DNA of 64,000 bases from Candidatus Parcubacteria bacterium (lineage in GTDB: Bacteria > Patescibacteriota > Minisyncoccia > UBA6257 > HR35): contig BPJG01000001.1 in NCBI GenBank assembly GCA_026004495.1, forward strand, positions 208,750 to 272,749, given 5' to 3'. The notes under the pieces were generated by a model. The model saw only the letters and a list, made by a program, of their open reading frames with translations. It made no database searches and had not been told where the DNA came from. The position numbers were made by a program, and so were the translations under genes. Position 1 is the first letter of the stretch; each line of letters opens with the position of its first letter. Below, one piece after another: positions 38,968 through 47,666 of the stretch.

Positions 38968-39919
38968 AGTTTAAATCATTATATTCCTTTAAATAGATTA
39001 TTTTTTTATCAACCTGTTCTAATTCTCCATCTAGATTAATTTTATAAACAAATTTAAATCCTAAATTTTCTAATATTTCCACTGCTTTATATGAAAGATT
39101 TTCTTTATCGCTCCATACTTCCATAATAATCAGCAAAGAAGATTCTGAACTTTCCAGAAAATTTTTAGCTCCTTTTAAAACTATACTTTCTGCACCTTCA
39201 ACATCTAATTTAATAATAGTAGGAGGATGATGATTTTCTAAATATCTATCTAAAGTTATTGTTTTAATTTTAATCGGTTCTTTTCTAAATATAGCCTTAC
39301 AGCTATCATAGACATTATTTACAATTGTAGAAGCTCCAGTGCCATATTTACCAACATAAATATTTGTATAACCTTCATTATCAGACAATGCGAGATTGTT
39401 TAAAAAACAGTTTGAATCATTAGCTAAATTTTCTTTAATATATTCAAAAATAAATGGGAGGGGTTCAAAAATATGCACTTCTTTACAAAAAATAGAGGCT
39501 AAATAGCTATAATAACCAATGTTTGCTCCGATATCATAAAATATATCTTCTGATTGTAGATTTTTTACTAAAAATTTAGTAAGTTTTATATCGGGTAGAG
39601 ATGGAGGGCATCCAAAATGTATAAGTAATAAGCTACTTAAATCGTCTAAAGGTAACTGGATTTCTTTCATATTAAAAATATGAGTATGTAGGCTTTTATT
39701 TCGTAAAATAAATTTAGGTATAATTCTATTCAAAATATTGATAATTAAGGCAGGTAAATAGAATTGAGGACAATTTAGTAGCTTTAATAATCTGTCTTTA
39801 ATCCTATAACTTCTTAAAGTTACTATCTTTTTTAAACAATCTGTATCTACTTTCTTTTGTAAATAATTTAGAATTAATTTTCTCTTATCTTCTATTTCCA
39901 TGATAAATTTCTCCAACAA
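38939..39919 (-). CDS. FkbM-family methyltransferase (second copy)
   Basis: FYDIGANIGYYSYLASIFCKEVHIFEP, near-identical motif block to 37000..37917. Confidence 0.7.
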   Translation of the reverse strand: MLEKFIMEIEDKRKLILNYLQKKVDTDCLKKIVTLRSYRIKDRLLKLLNCPQFYLPALIINILNRIIPKFILRNKSLHTHIFNMKEIQLPLDDLSSLLLIHFGCPPSLPDIKLTKFLVKNLQSEDIFYDIGANIGYYSYLASIFCKEVHIFEPLPFIFEYIKENLANDSNCFLNNLALSDNEGYTNIYVGKYGTGASTIVNNVYDSCKAIFRKEPIKIKTITLDRYLENHHPPTIIKLDVEGAESIVLKGAKNFLESSESSLLIIMEVWSDKENLSYKAVEILENLGFKFVYKINLDGELEQVDKKIIYLKEYNDLNYVFTKTPRL

Positions 39920-41166
39920 TTAATTATTATTTTATTTTGGGGTAATTTTGATTTTATAATTTTATCTGGCAACATTAGAATTATAAGCTTGTTTTTTATA
40001 GCTGATTCTAGGTTATAAGCATAATCTATATCATTACTAAAAATTTTCTTCGTTTCTTCGGTGGCAAGTTCTATTGGATCATAAACTGTGATTTTGAGGT
40101 TTTTATTTTTCTTTAATAAATATTTTATCAAATTTATCGAAGCTGACTCTTCAATAACATAAGTTTTTGGTTTATAAGCTAAACCGATTATGGTTAAAGA
40201 TTTTAATTTATTTTCTTTTAAGATGCTTAAAATTTTGTCTCCTAAAAATTTTGTCTGAAACTCATTGATTTTATGCGCTGCCATAGGAATTAAGGCATCA
40301 ATTTTAGAAAATCTTTTAGCAAAATTATTGAAAGCTTTATTATCTCGAGGAAAGCAAGGACCGCCATAAGCAGTTCCATATCGAAAATAATAAGGGCCAA
40401 TTCTTTTATCTTTCCCCATCGCTTCAGTAATTTTATCAATTTCAGCACCAGGAATTCTTTCACAAATATTACCAAGCATATTAGCAAAACTAATTCTTGT
40501 TGTAATGTATGAATTAATTGCTATTTTTGTAATTTCAGCGCTAACAATTGACATTCGAGCTATAAATGGATTATTTAAACAAACTTTTTTCCATAAACTT
40601 TCAATAATATCACCTGCTTGTTTATTATTTTCTCCGATTAGAACTAAATCAGGTTCTAAAATTCCTTTGATAATATCTCCAATAGCAATAAAAGTCGGGT
40701 TATAAATAACAGTGAAATCTTGATTAAATTTTTTACCCGATAATTTTTCAATAAAAGGAATTATTTCATTTTGAGTTGAAAGTGGGCTTACAGTTGAAGT
40801 GATAGCAAAAATTTTAAATTGTTTAGCTTGTTTTAGATTGTCAGCTAATTGTTTGATTGCTTTTTTTAAATATTCATTAGAAAAACTTCCGTCTTTATTT
40901 GAAGGAGTTGGTACAATAAAAAAATAAATATCTGAAAAATTAAAAACTTCTTTAGGATCAGTCGTAGCCCTTAGTTTATTTTTAGATTTATCAATTAATC
41001 CTTGCAGGTTTGGTTCTAAAAATGGTGCCTGGTGATTATTTATTTTATTTACAATATTCTCATTAATATCACAACCTAAAACATTAAAACCGCGATAAGC
41101 AAAACAAGTGGCAAAACAACTTCCTAATTTTCCTAAACCGAATACTCCGATATTTTTTACTTTCAT
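39892..41166 (-). CDS. Nucleotide-sugar dehydrogenase (UDP-glucose/GDP-mannose dehydrogenase family), full length
   Basis: N-terminal GxGxxG (IGVFGLGKLGS); catalytic Cys motif GGPCFPRD; 424 aa. Confidence 0.8.
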   Translation of the reverse strand: MKVKNIGVFGLGKLGSCFATCFAYRGFNVLGCDINENIVNKINNHQAPFLEPNLQGLIDKSKNKLRATTDPKEVFNFSDIYFFIVPTPSNKDGSFSNEYLKKAIKQLADNLKQAKQFKIFAITSTVSPLSTQNEIIPFIEKLSGKKFNQDFTVIYNPTFIAIGDIIKGILEPDLVLIGENNKQAGDIIESLWKKVCLNNPFIARMSIVSAEITKIAINSYITTRISFANMLGNICERIPGAEIDKITEAMGKDKRIGPYYFRYGTAYGGPCFPRDNKAFNNFAKRFSKIDALIPMAAHKINEFQTKFLGDKILSILKENKLKSLTIIGLAYKPKTYVIEESASINLIKYLLKKNKNLKITVYDPIELATEETKKIFSNDIDYAYNLESAIKNKLIILMLPDKIIKSKLPQNKIIINCWRNLSWK

Positions 41167-42140
41167 ATTCTTCTTTGTTTTTTAAGTTGCTCTGCGATCC
41201 AGTGATAAGTTTTTTCAATGCCTTGTCTTAAAGAAATTTTTGGTTCCCAGTTTATTTTTTGACGAGCCAAAGTTAAATCTGCATTTCGACCGCGAACTCC
41301 AGTTGGGCCAGAAATGTGTTTTAATTTTAAATTCTTACCAGCAATTTCCATTATCATTTTAGCTAAACTATTAATTGAAATCAATTCTTCTGAGCCAATA
41401 TTAATTGGTCCTAAAAAATCTGAATCCATTAATTTTCTTACGCCCTCTAAAGCATCGTCAATATAAAGAAAACTTCTTGTCTGTTCGCCATCACCCCAAA
41501 TTTCAATTTCCTCTCCATCTTTAGCTAAAGCAACCTTACGACAAAGAGCTGCCGGTGCTTTTTCTCTTCCACCTTCATAAGTACCTTCTGGTCCAAAAAT
41601 ATTATGAAAACGAGCAATACGAACATTAATTCGATAATTTCTATTAAATGCTAAATACATTCTTTCTGAAAAAAGTTTTTCCCAACCATATTCAGAATCA
41701 GGTCCGGCTGGATAAGCATCTGATTCTTTTAATCCCGGATTATTTGGATCTGTTTGCTTATATTCCGGATAAATACAAGCTGATGAAGAATAAAAAACTT
41801 TACCCTTGAATTTTATTTCTTTTAGATAATAAAGACAGTTTAAATTAATTAAAGCTGAATTATGCATAATATCAGCATCATTTTCACCAGTAAAGACAAA
41901 TCCAGCTCCGCCCATATCTGCTGCCAATTGATAAACTTCATCAAAATCTCTATCTAAAATTTTTACCCAAACATTTGGGTCTCTTAAATCCCCAATAACA
42001 AAATCATCAACCTCATCTTTTGCAGAATATTCGGGATATTTTAAATCAACAGATCTAACCCAATAACCTTCATTTTTTAATCGACGAGCAAGATGATGCC
42101 CAATAAAACCACCACCTCCACAAACTAATGCTTTTTTCAT
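41163..42140 (-). CDS. GDP-mannose 3,5-epimerase-like SDR
   Basis: Collinear with plant GME: GGGGFIGHH, LAADMGGAGF (GME LAADMGGMGF), SSACIYPEYKQ, RFHNIFGPEGTYEGGREKAPAALCRK (GME RFHNIYGPFGTWKGGREKAPAAFCRK), IWGDGEQTRSF, GPTGVRGRNAD. Confidence 0.75.
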   Translation of the reverse strand: MKKALVCGGGGFIGHHLARRLKNEGYWVRSVDLKYPEYSAKDEVDDFVIGDLRDPNVWVKILDRDFDEVYQLAADMGGAGFVFTGENDADIMHNSALINLNCLYYLKEIKFKGKVFYSSSACIYPEYKQTDPNNPGLKESDAYPAGPDSEYGWEKLFSERMYLAFNRNYRINVRIARFHNIFGPEGTYEGGREKAPAALCRKVALAKDGEEIEIWGDGEQTRSFLYIDDALEGVRKLMDSDFLGPINIGSEELISINSLAKMIMEIAGKNLKLKHISGPTGVRGRNADLTLARQKINWEPKISLRQGIEKTYHWIAEQLKKQRRI

Positions 42141-42186
42141 AATAAATAAAAAATTAATTTCGGCTCTTATGATAATTATATCATAA

Positions 42187-43014
42187 TTAGCTCTTATTAT
42201 TTAACCAGTCTTGTTGTAATTTTTTAATAAGTTTTTGGTTTTTTAGATATTTATAATTCAATTTCCAGACAAATTGGAAAAGTTCAGGGTTTATTTTTAA
42301 TTTTTTATATAAATATATCAGGGCATTTAAATCTTTAGGTAAACATTTACCACCAAAACCTCGATAACCTTCATAAAAAACTTTAAGATGAGTTTTACCC
42401 AGTCTTGGTTCATTTTCCAAGATTTCTCTTAATTCATCGTAGTTTATTTTTAGTTTTTGGCACAAATCATAAACTTGATTAGCAAAGATAACTTTTAAAG
42501 CTAAGAAATCATTAATTGTCAATTTTGCTAATTCAGAAATTTTTGAGTCAACAATTTTTGTATAAGAGGCTTTAGGCAGAAGTTGAAGAATTTTTTCAGC
42601 TAAATTTTTTGATTTTTGAGTATAGCCGACTAACTGGATAACTGGCTTGACGAAATCTTCATACGGATATTTTTCTCTTAAAAATTCAGGATTATGAAGA
42701 AATTGATGAATTTTATACTTTTTTTGAAAATATTCGATTGTGCCAGGAAGGAGTGTTGATTTAACAATGAATACTTTTGGAGTTTTGAAATATTTAATGT
42801 TTTCTTCTAAGGCTGATAAATCATAACCTGTTTTTGGGCTGTAAGGAGTTGGCAAGCAAAGAAAAATAATTTTTGCTTTATTAACTTCTTCTAAGCTACC
42901 AATATTTTTAAATTTATCATAACCATAAACTTCAAATTTTTCCTTTTTCAGCCAATCAAATAAAGTTTGGCCAACAATACCTAAGCCAATTATTCCAATT
43001 TTTTGTTGTTTCAT
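42187..43014 (-). CDS. Truncated nucleotide-sugar dehydrogenase-family protein (NAD-binding + central domain only)
   Basis: IGIIGLGIVG Rossmann; GGKCLPKD catalytic-Cys motif; 275 aa, no C-terminal UDP/GDP-binding domain. Confidence 0.6.
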   Translation of the reverse strand: MKQQKIGIIGLGIVGQTLFDWLKKEKFEVYGYDKFKNIGSLEEVNKAKIIFLCLPTPYSPKTGYDLSALEENIKYFKTPKVFIVKSTLLPGTIEYFQKKYKIHQFLHNPEFLREKYPYEDFVKPVIQLVGYTQKSKNLAEKILQLLPKASYTKIVDSKISELAKLTINDFLALKVIFANQVYDLCQKLKINYDELREILENEPRLGKTHLKVFYEGYRGFGGKCLPKDLNALIYLYKKLKINPELFQFVWKLNYKYLKNQKLIKKLQQDWLNNKS

Positions 43015-43280
43015 TTTAGAAGTTTATAAATCCAGTTATGATGACCGATTAAATGAAAAATGGCTTTTTTATTTCCTGCAAAAGAAAAAATAATCCTGTA
43101 TTTTCTATCTACTCGAAACGACCATAAATTTTTTAGAGAATGCAATTTTTCTACTTTTAAAATCGGATTAAACGGTTGTCTTTCAAATAATCTAATCTTT
43201 TTAAAAGTCTTCTTTTTTATTGAATCTGGCAATATATCAAAAGTTTTCTCAAATTTTCTAGTATAAATAATTTCTATCAT
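43011..43280 (-). CDS. Type II toxin, RelE/ParE (YoeB-like) family
   Basis: 89 aa; KFEKTF...WSFRV..YRIIF...IGHH pattern; start overlaps upstream antitoxin stop (ATGA). Confidence 0.7.
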   Translation of the reverse strand: MIEIIYTRKFEKTFDILPDSIKKKTFKKIRLFERQPFNPILKVEKLHSLKNLWSFRVDRKYRIIFSFAGNKKAIFHLIGHHNWIYKLLK

Positions 43281-43513
43281 TAAATCAAATTCTTATATTT
43301 TCTATAAAGTTCTTTAATATTTTTCACTCTACCCTTTTTATAATCGTTAATTGATTCTTTAAGAGATTCTAAAAAATCTGGATTATAAAAACCAAATAAA
43401 TCTGCCAATTGTTCAAACTTCTCAGCATCAATTTTTATTATATATTTATCCTTAGTTTTTTTAATTTCCACTTGTAATTGAGGCATTATTTGATAAATTT
43501 TTAATTTTGACAA
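43280..43513 (-). CDS. Antitoxin partner of RelE-like toxin
   Basis: 77 aa ORF immediately upstream and translationally coupled to the toxin. Confidence 0.55.
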   Translation of the reverse strand: MSKLKIYQIMPQLQVEIKKTKDKYIIKIDAEKFEQLADLFGFYNPDFLESLKESINDYKKGRVKNIKELYRKYKNLI

Positions 43514-43735
43514 TCTTGAAATAAATTGTTTTTTTCATTTTAAAATTATAACACAGAATGAAATTTTAATTTCCCTGGGTTTATGCCTCTTTTCTCAAAG
43601 CTTTTTCTTATATCTTATAATCTTTGTTTTTATCTTAGTTTTATTTTAACATAAAAATTTATCTAACTAATACTGAGTAGATAAAAATACTATCATATTC
43701 CCGAGAATATAAGAATGTTTTCCCCTGTTTTTATT

Positions 43736-44127
43736 TTAAAAATCGTTTATTTTTAAAAATCTTTTATTTAAAAAATCGAGTAATTGAATTTCTTTAACCT
43801 TTTTAAAATCTGTTATATCTTTAGTAACCAATATTTGTTTGTAATAAATAGCAGTTGCTGCGATTATCGCATCTCCTATTTTTAAATTGTATCTCCTTTT
43901 TAATTCGGCAGCTAATTCGCTAATATCATCGTTGATATAAATTTTGCTAAATTTATTTAAAAAATTTTTGATTACTAAAATATCTCCGTCTTTTAATTTA
44001 GGATAAGATAAAATTTCAATAAAAGATATGAATGAAATAAATAATGGCGTATTTTTATACCATAAATTTTCCAATAATCTTACTATCTATTTTTTTGTTT
44101 TGGAGATAATAAATTAAGATGTTACTA
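43736..44127 (-). pseudogene. PIN-domain (VapC-like) toxin, frameshifted
   Basis: N-terminus MLIDSNILIYYL (PIN D-x-N signature) in one frame starting at an ATG overlapping the antitoxin stop. Remainder (….GDAIIAATAIYYKQILVTKDITDF) in another frame; shift near 44040-44060. Confidence 0.55.
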
Positions 44128-44299
44128 TCAATAAGCATATTCTTTTAGAATTTTTCTTTGATATTTAAAAGGATCAATTTTATCAGGCCAAATGCCCTTA
44201 GCTAAAATCCATTTGTACGGAATTCTCTCTACTTTCAATATTTTTTAATCTTTTTGTTCGTTGAGCTTTTTTAATTTTTTTGCAACCTGATTTCTCATT
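44117..44299 (-). pseudogene. VapB-like antitoxin remnant, two frameshifts in poly-A tracts
   Basis: Three-frame reconstruction MRNQVAKKLKK / KAQRTKRLKNIESRE / VERIPYKWILAKGIWPDKIDPFKYQRKILKEYAY*; breaks at A7 and A5/A6 runs. Confidence 0.4.
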
Positions 44300-44383
44300 A
44301 GACTAATTATAACAAAAAATTTATAACTAAATTAAATTCTTGTTTTTTATAAAGTCCATTAATATTTTTTGTTCTTCCCTCTT

Positions 44384-44517
44384 TATAATCTCTCTATCAC
44401 TTTTACACTTTTAATAAAATCTTCATTATATAAACCTAAGGCGTTCATCAGCCTTTCTCATTTATTTATATCAATAACTATTTTATTTTTATTAATTTTT
44501 ATATCTAAAGTTGCCAT
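44384..44517 (-). pseudogene. AbrB/MazE (SpoVT-AbrB fold)-like antitoxin with in-frame TGA
   Basis: MATLDIKINKNKIVIDINK-TGA-ERLMNALGLYNEDFIKSVKVIERL*; TGA at 44458..44460; other genes in the window use TGA as stop. Confidence 0.35.
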
Positions 44518-44519
44518 TA

Positions 44520-44800
44520 TTTAATTATATCACTTTTTAACTAAAAGAAACATTTGCTCAGGTTCCCAGATAGATTTATAATTTCGATTTTATAATTTTT
44601 TGATTCAAGAAAATTGATTACTTTTTTGAGTTCATCAGCAGCAACACGAGTTAAAAAAATTAACTCCTTCAAAATCTAAATCAATTTTAAAATTTCATCT
44701 CTTAATTTGATTATCAGAACTCATAAAAATATTTGCTGATCTAAAATTTTTTAAAACCCTTATAATCATTTTATAAATTAGAGGAAATTAAATTTTAAGT
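44520..44800 (-). pseudogene. Further short frame-disrupted ORF fragments (TA-module debris)
   Basis: Only 30-40 aa fragments in several frames (e.g. LTRVAADELKKVINFLESKNYKIEIINLSGN); ~800 bp without an intact ORF in an otherwise gene-dense genome. Confidence 0.3.
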
Positions 44801-44869
44801 TTTTTTGTTAAATTTTATCCTTGTATTTTAATTTTAGCAAAATTTGAAAAAATTTTATTTAGAAGAAAT

Positions 44870-45187
44870 ATGAGATATAATATTATTGCTATGAGAAAAT
44901 TCGGGGTATTTTTATTAATTTTAACCTTGTTGGTTAGTTTTTTGTATTTAAATTTTTCTAATTTTTATAACCTTATCTTTGCTCTTGACCAAGATAATTT
45001 TGATGTTTTGGATTATGTTTGGACCGTAAGCGATAGCTCGTTTTTATCTATTCTTATTGGTTTTGTACTTATTAACATTTTTACTTTTCTCTTTTTAACA
45101 AGGCTAAAAATTATCATTGAATCTCTTTTACTAAAAAATAATCATAACTATCCTAAAATAGCTTGTCGATCTCCGCCTTTAAATTAG
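44870..45187 (+). CDS. Hypothetical small membrane protein
   Basis: 105 aa, two hydrophobic segments. Confidence 0.35.
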   Translation: MRYNIIAMRKFGVFLLILTLLVSFLYLNFSNFYNLIFALDQDNFDVLDYVWTVSDSSFLSILIGFVLINIFTFLFLTRLKIIIESLLLKNNHNYPKIACRSPPLN

Positions 45188-45241
45188 TCTCTGGTTTAAT
45201 CTTTATTATCAATAGTCGCTCTTAAAACCTAATTAATTAAA

Positions 45242-45685
45242 ATGAAAAAATTAACCTTTGTCTTATTAACTTTAGTTCTTCTTACATCATTAACATTAGC
45301 TCAAACTACAACAACTTCAACTTCAACAATATCAACTCCTAAACATAAACCTGTTGTACCAGTTAAGAAAGGTGTGGTAAAGAAAGAAAAGGTTAAAAAA
45401 CTCTCATCTTATCAAGGTTGTGTTGGACAGAAAGTGAGAGAATTAACTAAAGAGATGCAAAGTAAGAAAAAAGAGGCTTTGAATAATTATCGAAATGAAA
45501 TTAAAAATGCAACCTCAACTACTGCTAGTCGTGAAGTAAGAAAAAATTATATTCCAGTCATTAGAGATATTAACAAATGGTACAACAGTGAATTAAGAAA
45601 AATCAAACAGGAGTGTAAAATAGCAACCACTACCCCAACATCAACTCCAACTACTTCCAATTCAACTGCAACCTCAACTCAATAA
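45242..45685 (+). CDS. Secreted Thr-rich hypothetical protein
   Basis: Signal peptide MKKLTFVLLTLVLLTSLTLAQT; T/S-rich termini; followed by a strong terminator. Confidence 0.5.
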   Translation: MKKLTFVLLTLVLLTSLTLAQTTTTSTSTISTPKHKPVVPVKKGVVKKEKVKKLSSYQGCVGQKVRELTKEMQSKKKEALNNYRNEIKNATSTTASREVRKNYIPVIRDINKWYNSELRKIKQECKIATTTPTSTPTTSNSTATSTQ

Positions 45686-45710
45686 TTAGGTCGAATTTAA
45701 TCACAACCCA

Positions 45711-45747
45711 AATCACCCCCATTTCGGGGGTGATTTAATTTATTTTA
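45711..45747. terminator. Rho-independent terminator (bidirectional)
   Basis: AATCACCCCC-ATTTC-GGGGGTGATT perfect 10-bp stem followed by TTAATTTATTTT; sits between convergent genes. Confidence 0.75.
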
Positions 45748-46117
45748 ATTTTTCAAAAAGATCTTTTAGATATTTTAAAATTTTTGGAAGTTTTTGATAG
45801 ATTTTGTCAGCTAATTCTTCGCTATAAATATGAGCAGTTTGATTCCTAAAATCTATTATTTTTAACCAATATTCGTCATAATCAATAATGCCTTCTTGAT
45901 AAGCAGAGCGAAAACAACTTTTAGGAGAATGACATTCAATTTTTTGATATTCCAATAGATATGCTTTTAATGTTTCCCAAGCTAAATCAAAGCAAATTTC
46001 AAATCTCTTTATTGCTGAATTGCGAGTTATTTCATTTTTCTCTTTATTAAGAATTTCTTAAAAACGCCTTAGTGATTTTTCAAATTTTTGAAGCAAATCT
46101 TCGAATATTTAATCATT
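45740..46117 (-). pseudogene. HepT-like toxin (nucleotidyltransferase substrate-binding family), disrupted
   Basis: Rx4HxY motif (RNQTAHIY); upstream in-frame segment IFEDLLQKFEKSLRRF-TAA-EILNKEKNEITRNSAIKRFEICFDLAWETLKAYL matches the HepT N-terminus but is interrupted by TAA (46059..46061). The only ATG (46115..46117) is in a different frame. Confidence 0.6.
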
Positions 46118-46422
46118 TAATTTAGATATTCAATCTTCTTTTTAGCAATTTTTTTAAATTCTTCATCAACATTATTAAAATCAACAAAATCTATTTTGTA
46201 AAGAATGGGTAAATTTTCTAATTCTTCTTCAATTTTAAATTTTATCTCTACTGGAATTTCTGGATCTTCTATCCCAACATCAATATCGCCTCGGTCATCA
46301 AAATTTTCATAAACTCTTTAACCAAAGAAAAAAACTTTATATTTACTTAGATCTAAATATCTGTTTAAAATATTCAGGATATCATTTTTCAGCTTGTTAG
46401 CTGGATAATGTCTAAGCTCCAT
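46118..46422 (-). pseudogene. MNT-like nucleotidyltransferase antitoxin with premature stop
   Basis: MELRHYPANKLKNDILNILNRYLDLSKYKVFFFG-TAA-RVYENFDDRGDIDVGIEDPE...; stop (46318..46320) replaces the conserved Ser of the GS motif (TCA->TAA); hG[GS]...D.D signature otherwise intact. Confidence 0.6.
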
Positions 46423-46444
46423 CAATTAAATTATACTAAATTAA

Positions 46445-46955
46445 TTATTTAACCACAATTTCTCCTGTAAATGATGGGTTTAAATGATCATGATAATACC
46501 ATTCACCAACTTCATTAAAAACAAAAAACCAACTTTCTCCTTTATTTAAACCTCGGCAGACATCAAAAATTTTAGCTTGCTCTGGAGTGCCACATTTTTC
46601 AATACCTGAACTGGGATAAACACGATGAGTTGGATGAACAGCCGATGCTGGCCAAGAAGGTTTAGAAGATTCATTAACCCAAGTAACTTTTGTTCCTTTA
46701 GTTATTTCAACTTCTTTTGGCTCAAAGCCATTATTAGTTATTCTGATAATGACTTCAGAAGTAGTTACTTTGGATGAAGGTGTTTCTGTTGATATTGTCG
46801 GCGTTGTTGGTGTAGAAGGTATTTCTAAAGAAGGTGAGGCTGGAGACCGAGACAATTTTGGCGTTAAAGATGGAGTTCTGTATTTATTAAAAAATAATAA
46901 CCGATTCCTAATAAAAAGGCTAAAATAAATACAGTAGTTATTAAATTCTTTCCAT
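46445..46955 (-). CDS. Cupredoxin-like domain protein, N-terminal signal anchor out of frame (possible pseudogene or assembly indel)
   Basis: Mature domain (FEPKEVEITKGTKVTWVNES...HPTH...C...C...YYHDH) in one frame; upstream ATG (46953..46955) and TM helix (NLITTVFILAFLLGIGYYFL) lie in other frames; breaks at A-run and T6 homopolymers. Confidence 0.45.
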
Positions 46956-47048
46956 TGAAAATTAATTATGTAATTAACATAAACAGTTCGGATATATTAT
47001 TTTGTTTTGTTTACTCCGTCCGTGTATAGCCTGTATTCAGCTTTTATA

Positions 47049-47666
47049 TTATATGGCCTTTTTATAATTTTCCTCTATTTTTTCCCAATTAACAACATTC
47101 CACCAACTTTGGATATATTCATTTCTGCGATTTTGATATTTTAAATAATAAGCATGTTCCCAAACATCAAGGCCCATAATTGGTAGATCTCCATTCATTA
47201 AAGGATTATCTTGATTTGGCAAAGAATAAACTTTTAATTTTCTATCTGAACTTACCACTAACCAAGCCCAACCAGAACCAAAATGTTTTAATGCTGTTTC
47301 TGAAAATAAATTTTTAAAATTCTCAAAAGAGCCAAAATTTTCTTCAAGCGCCTTTTTTAATTCTCCGATTGGTTCACTTCCACCATTTGGTTTCATTATT
47401 TCCCAAAAGAGTGAATGATTATAATGTCCACCACCATTATTTCTAACAACTGTTCTTATATCCTCAGGAAGTTGGTCTAAATTTTTCAATATTTCTTCAA
47501 GTTCTACATTTTGCCATTCAGGATATTTTTCTAAGGCTGAATTTAAATTATTAATATAAGTCTGATGATGTTTAGTGTGATGAATTTTCATTGTCATCTC
47601 ATCAATGTAAGGCTCTAGGGCATCATAATAGTAAGGCAATTTTGTTAAATTATAAGGATAATTCAT
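47049..47666 (-). CDS. sodA: Fe/Mn-family superoxide dismutase
   Basis: [18 protein letters not shown] metal-ligand motifs; 205 aa. Confidence 0.9.
   Translation of the reverse strand: MNYPYNLTKLPYYYDALEPYIDEMTMKIHHTKHHQTYINNLNSALEKYPEWQNVELEEILKNLDQLPEDIRTVVRNNGGGHYNHSLFWEIMKPNGGSEPIGELKKALEENFGSFENFKNLFSETALKHFGSGWAWLVVSSDRKLKVYSLPNQDNPLMNGDLPIMGLDVWEHAYYLKYQNRRNEYIQSWWNVVNWEKIEENYKKAI

Noticed and set aside
44458-44460. Possibility that TGA is a sense codon (as in Gracilibacteria/Absconditabacteria), which would rescue the AbrB-like ORF
   Set aside because: Multiple confidently identified genes in the window terminate at TGA (e.g. the VapB-like antitoxin). No conserved housekeeping protein shows in-frame TGA, so the standard code applies and the TGA is a nonsense change.
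30141-46422. Glycan island plus TA cluster considered as an integrated mobile element or prophage
   Set aside because: No integrase, transposase, relaxase, phage structural genes, flanking direct repeats or tRNA att site are visible. It is better described as a chromosomal surface-glycan island with associated TA modules.
46856-47048. GC-richer patch between the cupredoxin-like gene and sodA considered as a small ncRNA or terminator
   Set aside because: No convincing stem-loop followed by a T-run and no recognisable RNA family motif. Part of it is explained by the out-of-frame signal-anchor coding sequence of the cupredoxin-like gene.
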